NCBI RefSeq assembly: GCF_964194025.1
Contig: NC_134476.1
Coordinates: 12,338,001-12,402,000 of the forward strand
Origin: Convolutriloba macropyga
Lineage: Eukaryota
DNA length: 64,000 bases
Direction: 5' to 3'
This document shows, piece after piece, positions 51,001 to 61,000 of this stretch. How positions within the stretch are numbered: the stretch's first letter is position 1; every line of letters begins with the position of its first letter. A program made the position numbers and the translations under genes. The notes under the pieces are model-generated. The model was not told the DNA's origin. It did not search any database and saw nothing but the letters and a program-made list of their open reading frames with translations.

Positions 51001-54000
51001 CATGTCTCAACTGCTTCCCATGGGGATTTAAATGAACATTTTGGAAATTTCAATGCAATTAACTCTTTTCAAAAATAAAAACTTATTTTTGAACTTCGCA
51101 CCTCGCTGCTCTTTTTTGCCGACCTATTAACCAGTCGCATTGAGTACAGGACCCATATTTTTCTAATGATCTATAGGTTAAACAATTTCGTTTAGGTTTT
51201 CTCTGATTCGAGTTGGATTTTGTTATGATTTTATTTATTATAGAAATCGAGTTCTGGTCGTAAATAGTGTTTTTTGTTTGATATTATAGTCCTTTCTAGT
51301 AATCATATTATCAACAACGTTCATCGGCCCTCTAGGGTGGCATTATTGTGTTCCATTGGTTGTTTTTGGAACGATTTGTATGTTTTAGAAAGTTTTCTAT
51401 CGCTTCATCATTTGGAAGTCAATTAAGTCAAGAATGTGGATGAGCGGGGTCGGAACTTTATGTGCGTACGCACATTACCGAGCCTCCTTGTTAGTAATAT
51501 GTAATCGGCTTTGAAATTTCTCAGAAAACTCTGCATAATAACATAAAAGGAAACGTTTCTATTATCAGCATGAACAACGAAAACAACATCAACAACCAAA
51601 CTAGTGACGTAATCAAACAGCCAGCATCACAAACGCTCCAGCAACTTCGCAATCTAACTTCGACCACCGAAGATGTTCCAGAACTTACAGAATCACGACT
51701 TAGTAACTCGACCATAACCATAATTCGCTGCGTTACAGGATTCAACCACTCAACTTTTCACACATATTATGAAGTTTTCATCTATTTCGCAATTTTCTTC
51801 ATACCTGGTGGGCTTATCTCGACTTGTTACATGTTGCTAGTTAAATCGTTCCGAAGAAATGCGCAATACTTCAGCTCGGCAACGGATAACACGGCTAACA
51901 GCAGCAGTAACCCGAACAATTCGGTCACCGAGACCAGGTATGGTAAATCTTTTCCCCTGCCCCCACCCCGACCGCCCCACCTCCAAGTCATAGATTCGGG
52001 ATATTTCTGCGTCTACCGTCTGATGAATTGATTCCTAACAAAGTTGTATTTGAAAATACCTGTAAATAAGGGATACGGGTTTCAGGTTTCCGTCAGTTTT
52101 GATTGTTATTTAGATCGGATTATCAACGGTCATTGGACTATTTCATCGGACAAGTTTTGCATGAGCGTTAAGGAACTTGCATCTTATCAGATCTTACACA
52201 ACAAAAATTTCCGAATCACGGCAACCCTTCTATCCTGCTCTCCAATTCCTCATACCCCATCACGGCCCCTCCCTTGCTTTCAGTCTTCTTTGACATTAAA
52301 CACCCTCCCCCTCCCCCCCGCACGTCGGGGTACTTTTCACATAGCAACGTGTTTTACGACATAAATTCGCTATCTGGGAGGGGGGGGGGGGGGGGGGGGG
52401 TGGGGGGGTCTAATCTAATTGGCTCTGGGGTGTTGGAAAGGGGTAAAATAATGGAATAGATTTGAGGGCTCAATCTCCAGGCTTAAGGTTACAGTGACAG
52501 ATTGCTAATTATTTCTGCGCGCGAAGTGAATTCTTTTCTATTTTTATCACTCAGTAAAAAACACATGTACTTAATGGTCCAATTTATAATTTTAGGCATC
52601 ATAAGCGCATGAATGGAAACTTTATTATCTTAATTGATTGGTCAATTTGCCGCTCACTCATAAATTCCATTGAACAATCTCCACCGTTTTGAAACAAGCT
52701 TTCTTAAACTGAGATCTTGTGAAAACTTGTCATTATACTAGAATAAATAATCTGTAATTTATACTTAAGTTCTATGATGGCATGACAATGTGTATCAAAT
52801 AGCAAAAAAGGAGAACACCCAAAATCACCAACCTAAGTTATAAAATCAAGTACGATACGTCATCATCTAACTGATATTTTAAAAAAAGAATGGCCTTTCA
52901 AATCGTAGAATTTGTTCATTATTTGCTACAGATATCTTTAAACCAAAAAAGGTGTTTAAAAAATCTAGCTGCTAGCAAACGGAAAATTGTCCGGTATGCT
53001 GGTAGCTAGAATTTATATGAAAACTTTATTATCTTCATTGATTGATTAAATTCTTGTTCGCTCATAAATTCTATTCAACAATCTCCACCGTTTTTAAACA
53101 AATTTTTTAAGAAAGATATCTTATAATATTTTAGCATAAAGCTAAAACTAAATTTATCTCTTAAATTTACACTAGTACAAATAATCTCTAATTTATACGT
53201 AAGTTCTATGATGGCATGACAATGTGTATCAAATAGTAAAAAAAGGAAAATCAGCCAGAACCAGGAACCTAATTGATAAAGTCAATTACGATATGTCATC
53301 ATCTAACTGATATTTAAAAAAAAGAGAATGGCCTTTCAAGTCGTTTAAATTGTTTATTGTTTGCTACAGATACCTTTAAACCAAAAATCGTGCTTATAAA
53401 ATTTATCTGCTAGCAAACAAAAAATTGTCGGTTTTTAGCAGCTAGATAAAAAAGAAAAGCACCCAAAACCAGGAACCCAGATTAAAAATCAAGCATGATA
53501 TGCATGATCTAACTGATATATAAGAAAAGAATGGCCTTTCAAATACGATAAAAAGTTTATTTCTCACATAGCAACACGTTTTACGGCGTAAATTCGCTAA
53601 CTGGGACAGGGGTCTAATCTAATTGGCTCTGGTGTTGGAAAAGTCAAAAATAAAGGAATAGATTCAAAGTCTCAGCCTCCAGGCTTAAAGTTACAGTGAA
53701 AGATTGCTAATTATTTCTGCGCGCGAAGTCAACTTTTTTCTGTTTTTATCACTCAGTAAAAAAAATACACTTACTTAATGTTCCAAGTTGTCACTTTAGG
53801 CATAGTAAGCGCATGCATGAAAATTGTATTATCTCTCTAGATTGACCAGTTTGTCGCTCGCTCATAAATTTTAGTCAAGAGTCTCCATCATTTTGAAACA
53901 AGTTTTTTTAAACTATGATCTTATATAGACTTGTCATTAAAAACTACGACTAAGCTATACTAAAATTATCTCAATTTCATTGATGGTGTGACAATGTGTA

Positions 54001-55045
54001 TTAAATAGCAAAAAAAAAGAAAAACACCCAAAACCAGCAATTTATGCTATAAAACCAAGTAAGATATGATTTGATCGAACTGATGTTTAAAAAAAGTGTA
54101 GCAATTCAAATATTACATTTCTTTCACAGTTTTTCTATCACATTTTTTCTTAATTTTTTCTCACTTTTTGTATACGAATCCTACAGAAAAAAAACTATTT
54201 TTCAGCCAAGTACATCAAGTTTTCTTTAAAATAAAATTTTATCACAAATGTGAAAATGAAAACACATCAAGGAAGGAAAAATGAGGAAAGAAAAAAGACA
54301 TTGCTCCCGGGGCGGGGTGGGGTGATGGGGTTGACAGATCGCGCTGAAATTTAAGATAAAAACGAATGGAGAAATTTTTTTTGAATTTAGTCAGATTAAT
54401 AAGGTTCTGATTGTAATGAGTAATTCATTAAATTTTCAAGCCACAAATAACTATTTTATCTATTTGACCAAAAACTTTGAAAAAATCAAATGTTTTATCC
54501 TTAATATCTCAGAATTTTGTAAAATCATTTTAAATCTGTCTCTCTCTTTTTGGTCGATTGAACCATTGTAATAACCCATGTATCTCCCACTGAAAAGATT
54601 TTCAAAATAGCCAAATTATAAAAAAAATTTAGAGAAGTCTTTTAAATTCTAAATGATCGAGCATTTTTTGCAATCAATACTTCCTATTTACTCAGAAGTA
54701 CTTATTTTGTTATTTTATGCATTAAAAACAGCCTTTAACGTTACCTGACGTGTTGGAGAAAAGTAGAGGTAGAAAGCAAAAACTGTTAGAAATTTGCTGC
54801 AAATAATTGTAAAGCAAAAAAATTGCTAAAAAAATCTAGCTGGTAACGCATCTATTAGACTTGAAAATAAATGTATGCTAATGAAACATCAAAAATGACA
54901 TAATTTTAAGAAAAAACTCAGAAAAAACTAGTTTAGATTTTTGTGACAATTTTATATATACTGATACAATCGCCTCAAGAAGTCCACTAATTGTTTTCCA
55001 GACATAATGATCTATTTTTGTTGGCGCCAGTGTTTTTTTTGTGTT

Positions 55046-55083
<38 letters not shown>

Positions 55084-58000
55084 GGTGCGCTTGTAGGAAT
55101 GTACATGTTGGTGTATCTGACTGCGTGTGTATGTAATTTTGTGTGTGTGTGTGACTATAATATGGAAAGAGACAATGAAAGAGAGACTTGTTCTAAGAAA
55201 GTAAGTTCGTTTTATGTTAGACAGAGATGGAAAAAGATTTGCAAAACTGTCAGAATTAAAAAAAAAGATAAACTATTTAATTTATCTTACAATTTGCCTT
55301 CTTGTATATGTGAAAAACCAATATTAATTAAATGTTTTTAAGACTCAATGGTAACACATATTTAAGATTTCAGAGATTTTACTGTTGTTATGCTCATGAG
55401 ACATAATTACTGAAAAGTTTAATCGGTGAGTTTATATCACAAACTATCGCCAAAGGTACATTTACCGATAAAATTAGCTCTAAATTTCCATACCAAGTTA
55501 TTTAGAAAAACAAAGAAGACAAAAATGAACGGTGACACATCTTGAGTGAAAATCATTTGCAAAAAAAAAGTTTTTATTGGTGTTGGTATATATGTTTGTG
55601 TGTGTTTGTGCTTGTGTCTGCCTTGTGTCTGGTGTGTTGTTAAGTGAGGTTTGTCTGTGTCGGAGCCTTTAAAACTGTACTAAACTTATCTTTATAGAAT
55701 GGGCTAGTGAGTTTCTGTTTTTGTCTGCCGAGAAATGACGGCATATGTTTTGGTTCATGTAGTACAATAATTTTTTTCCGATGTGTATAAGTTCTTTTCT
55801 GATAGTTCCAACGTTTTCTCTGACGGAAATTCAGGGTTGTTTTTGAAATCTAGACAGGTATGTTGGAACATACTGTGCTACGCACAGACTCGCACGAACC
55901 ATCTTGTTTGCGATATATTTTAAGCCAGTCTGAAATGCCAATTGCCGGTTCTAAATCCAGTATAAATTTTGGGCGCTTGGATCCCACTGGTCGTATATAA
56001 AACACTTATGTATACAAGAGGTTTAATCATATGTTTATATATCCGTTCTCCGTTAAAATTTCTGAATCTAATTGCTTGTTGTATAAAGGTTTACGCAGGT
56101 CGGGTCAGAAGTATGAACAATATGCTCCAGAACACAATTCAAAATAGTCGCTGATAGTTTGAAATGACGCGACCAAAAGTATGGTCCAATGTGTGTATTT
56201 AATGTGTGAAATGTACTCAACAACCGATAAAAAATGGCCCAATCACAACTCTACCAACAAAACCCAGTTGTCAATTTTTGATTTGTTTGGATAATACTCT
56301 CTGATCCGTCTCGTTGGTAACAATTTCAAGTCTCGTTTGTAAAACATTTGCAAGATTTCAGGGAAGTGATTGTTGTTATACTCATGAAACATCAATACCG
56401 ACAAAAATTATTCAAAAAGTTCATATCAAAAATTATTGCCAAAGGTACAATTACCAATAAAATTTGCTCAAAAATTCCATATCAAGTTATTTAGAATTAG
56501 CAAAGAATACTTAAAGGAACAGTGACGCTTCTTAAGTGAAAATTAGTTGCCAAAAACGTTAATTTTTTTGTTGTTGGTGTTTCTGTTTGTGTGTGTTTGT
56601 GTTTGTGTGTGCGAAGTGTCTGGTGTGAGTAGGTTAGTGAGGTTTGTCTGTGTCGGTGCCTTTCAAATGGTACTAAACTTATATTTTTAGAAAGTTCTAG
56701 TGAGTTTTTTTGTCTGCCAAAAAATGGCGGGATATTTCTTGGCTCAAACAGTACAATTAATTTCTTCCAATGCGTATAAGTTGCTTTCTGATACTTCCTA
56801 CGGTTTCTCTGAGAGAAATTAATGGTTGTACTTGCAATCTAGACAGGTATGTTAGAACATACTGTGCTACGCACAGAATCGCACGCACCACCTTGTTTGC
56901 GATATATTATAAGTCAGTCAGAGATGTCAATTTTCAGTTGTAAATCAAGTATAAATTTGGGCGCTTGGGCCCGACTGGAGGTATATATAACATTTATGTA
57001 TATCGGAGGTGTTATCACATGCTTAAATATTTGTTCTTAAGTAAAATCAGTGAATTCAATTGCTTGTCATATCATGGTTTACCCATGTTGAGGTGGAAAT
57101 ATGAACAATATGCTCCAGACCACAATTCGAAATAGTGGGCTGACAATTTGAAATGACGCGATAGAAAGTATTGTGCAAACGGTGTATTTAATGTTTGAGA
57201 TGTACTCAACACCAGATAATAAAAGGTCAAATCACAATTCTACCAATAAAACCCAGTCGTCAAGCTTTGATTTGCCTGGATATTACTCTATGATTGGGTA
57301 AAATTCACGGGAATCTTGGTTTATCAGAAACGGTACTGAAATATGTCGAAATAGATAACAAGTTTGCTAATTGAGTTCCTGAAACGAGCAAAATCCAAAC
57401 GTATATGAATCTCACATGATTGTAATTAAGAACAGGTATACAAACATATGATTGTGCCTCCGTTATATAGGTTAACCAAGGGAAAGTTTGAGCGCGTGAG
57501 CCCGTTTGGAGGTATGTATCAGAATTGATATATACCTCCAAACGGGCCCAGGAGCCCAAATTTACCCTTGGGCTCATTGCGGTAACAAGAATGACATCCT
57601 TACTGTAAGGGTTCCTAACCTTACTCTAAGACTTTTTCAGCACTGATTCAGAGGGTGACTAAAGTCGCATTTCGGACTGAAATTCTTCTAATTCAAAGCC
57701 AATTCAGAAATTCATTCTAAGTGTTCTCAGAATCAGAGAAATTCAGAATCACTGTTCTGAAATATTTCTGATTATACAGATTGAAAACTTACAAATTGTC
57801 TAATATGTTCTGATTCAGTACTGTTACCCACTGAACGTTGGGTACGGGTTTACAATTATTCTATCTGTTTTAAAGGGTTCGCCAGATCAAGCGACTGTCC
57901 AGAATGGTATTGATCATAATCTCGTGCTACATGGTCTGTTTTCTACCCTTTGGGACCCTGAGGCTGATCCAGTTTGTTCACCCCGTGGCTGCGCCCAATG

Positions 58001-61000
58001 AGGTGTTCTACACTTTCATCACAATGACATACCTCAATGCCAGCATGAACCCTATTCTCTACACGTTCCTCAGTAACAGGCTAGCCGAAAAAATTAGTTT
58101 GAGTATAAAATTTAACAAAGCTTGGCGTAAACCTGCTTGATAGACCACGATGTAATCGGTTTCGGAAAAAAAAACCACGGAAAAAACCCAACCCAAAGTT
58201 AAATAGGAAAAAAAAACCCCATGGAAAGAAACCCCCAAGAAAAAAAACCCCACGGAAATAAACCCGCACTTTACTGCCAAAGAGATGTAAACTCAATCAA
58301 ATTAAATTAATTGAATAATTAAATGAATTATAATTACACTTACACAGATTCTAACACAATTAAACAGATAAAAGCAAAATATTGAAACAGTTTCTGAAAA
58401 TGATATGTTTGAAGAAATTGCTCGCAAATATTTCAATAATTGATATTCGTGTGCAGCACAAACAATTCGTTTTATTCTGCCATGATTTTCATTTTTTTTT
58501 TTCACTATCTCTTTTCCCTTTTTGTTGTGCCACGGTAAACTCTTGAAGCGCTTGTTGTCTGTGTATCGCCTCTAAAAATTGCTCTGTATATTGCCCCGAC
58601 CTTGCAGGCGCTATGCGCGCATTTAATAAATCTCAGAACTAAAAAAAAATGTAGATAAAATCTCTCAAAAAATTGCAAGAAACTGATGTATACATTAGTA
58701 ACAAGTAACTAGAATAGCTTAGTCGACAAAATTTTGAACAAAAATTTGTCAAGAAAAGCCCAAATTCACCCTTGAATCCTATCCAAGGAATATTTTGTTA
58801 AGTATAGGTACAGGGGGATTCTCTACCAGGTATCAAAGGGGTCAATTATCAATAAGATACGAATACTTACAGATCATTTATTGGTCATGTGGTTAGATAT
58901 CATCGATTCAAGCAAAATACTATACTCTTCCGAAAACTTTCAACCCTTTTATTAGAAAAATTTTAATCAAAGAAATTTCATTTCTTCAAATATCTTTAAA
59001 AGAAACTTTTAAGATTTCTTTTTCAGATTTCTGTTTTTCTGACCTTAAGATTTCAGATTTCAAAAAAAACTTCAACTTTCGGATTTTAAAATTTCAAAAA
59101 TTTTTAATCAAAGAAATTTTAGAATTTTTAGGATCATTAGATTAATGCATCAGAATGGCTACACGTAAAGAACGAAAATTAAAAATTTCCACTGTGCGAT
59201 GCATATAAAAACACAATATTGAAAAAGTCATTTTAAATTGCAAGAGAGGATGTTTCTTTACATAATCCATCAAAAAAATTGCTAAAGCAGAATTTTGTTG
59301 ATATAATACATTCCAAAGTCGAAATTTTTAATGAAATAAGATATAACTTGATGTGGTACAATATCAAATTTTGCAATTTAAATAGATTAAGGGTAACTTT
59401 TAGAAAAAAATTTCGACGAAATATTCTGGTTGAAAAAAGCTCCTAAGAGAGCCTGGTAAAAAAAACTCGCAAATATTACTAGTAACTTCTAGTTCAAAAA
59501 CATGAATCAATATGTTTAGACTTGATATAATTAAAAAAGATATGCTGGCTGAAGAACAACTATGTTGTTTGACTTGTTAGCGCCTTAACTAAAACGCTTT
59601 TACGCCCCGCAAAATATCTGTAAGAGAAATTCACAAACTCAGTAGATGACCGCTTAATACTATGACAAATTGTTTTTTTTTTGCCTTTCAACAGTTTTTT
59701 TTTCTTTTTTAACATCAAATACTACCTCACAATAATTTTGATGTCTGATAAGATATACAAGTGTGTTTCCATCTTAATAGAACTATTTCAACTGCATCAG
59801 GAAAGATCTGGTGCAATGGTTGGCAAAAAAAGTTCGATGCAATAATCTGTTTTTGGTAAGTTTTGACTCTTTGGAGTAACTAACCACAAAAACTTATAGA
59901 GAAAGGGAAAAAGGAAAGCAAATGAAGTCGATTGCCGCAAAATAAACAACAAAATTACAATTACGATAACTACTAAAAATTACAACAAAACAAATTAATC
60001 TGTGTCATTTTATTTAACCAGTTGCAACCAGATATACTTTCATCAAATATTGGAAAATCTTTTAATTTAAACTAAGTTAAGTTTAATTAGTTAATATTTA
60101 ATTGAACAAAACAGCAAAATTTAACCACAAAATTGAAAATTGTCCGAAAAATTGAGAAATCAAGTTCAGTTTCAAAACAAAAAAACCATTATTTAAATTA
60201 AAATACAGCACTAAAGACAATATTCTATCTCACTTAAAAATTTAAACTCTCTAAGTTAACGCTAAATAGGTTACAAATGAGACAAAATGGGCAAATCAGA
60301 AAAATTTTATTTATTCATTTTTTTCTATGATCATAAGTAAACATATGCCTTCACAACCATATGCTTTCAGCGAAAACTCAACTATTTTGTCAAATTCTAA
60401 CTACCTATCGGACATGGCATTGATGAGGAGTCTAAGTCAAAAAAATACAAAACAACGGCTATTCCAGCCACCTCTCAAAATTTCACAAATGTTTTTTTGC
60501 AAACTCAGTTCTGATGCCAAAAAAAACATAAAACTTTCGCTGACATATTAATGTATATTCCTCGGCCTTCTTTTGCTTGCAAATCTGATAAAGTAACTAA
60601 ATAGACAAAAAAATTCAAGATTTCAAAAAAATATTGTGAAAGTTAGAGATTTATCGTTTCATAGTAGCAAAACAGCTGGCGAAGTTCAAGAACTCATTGA
60701 AAAATTTCAAAAATTTTCTTGAGAGCAATTAAAACTATGAGCTTCACTCAGAAAACACGTTGTATTTTGTTTTGACCTCATTTTAAGCTAAATGGGGCCT
60801 TTTGTTTATTTAAACTCACCAATTAAAAACCGAGTTGTCTGTATTTGGGACGGAGATAGTTGCAAAAAAATTATAAAGCCCACAGAGTCAAAAAATATCC
60901 AATTCTTTTTTGGTAGCAAAATCAGGCAGATATTGTTCCAAATAATTGCGCATATAAAAATTTGGCGAAAGATTTATCTTTTTTTAAAAAATGATGTTGA

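Noticed and set aside
58080-58140. Read-through C-terminus LAEKISLSIKFNKAWRKPA* as the true end of the GPCR
   Set aside because: Disfavoured but not excluded. It gives a poor helix 8 and runs into repeat DNA, while the 63508 exon gives a canonical helix 8 with Cys residues and a Ser/Thr tail.
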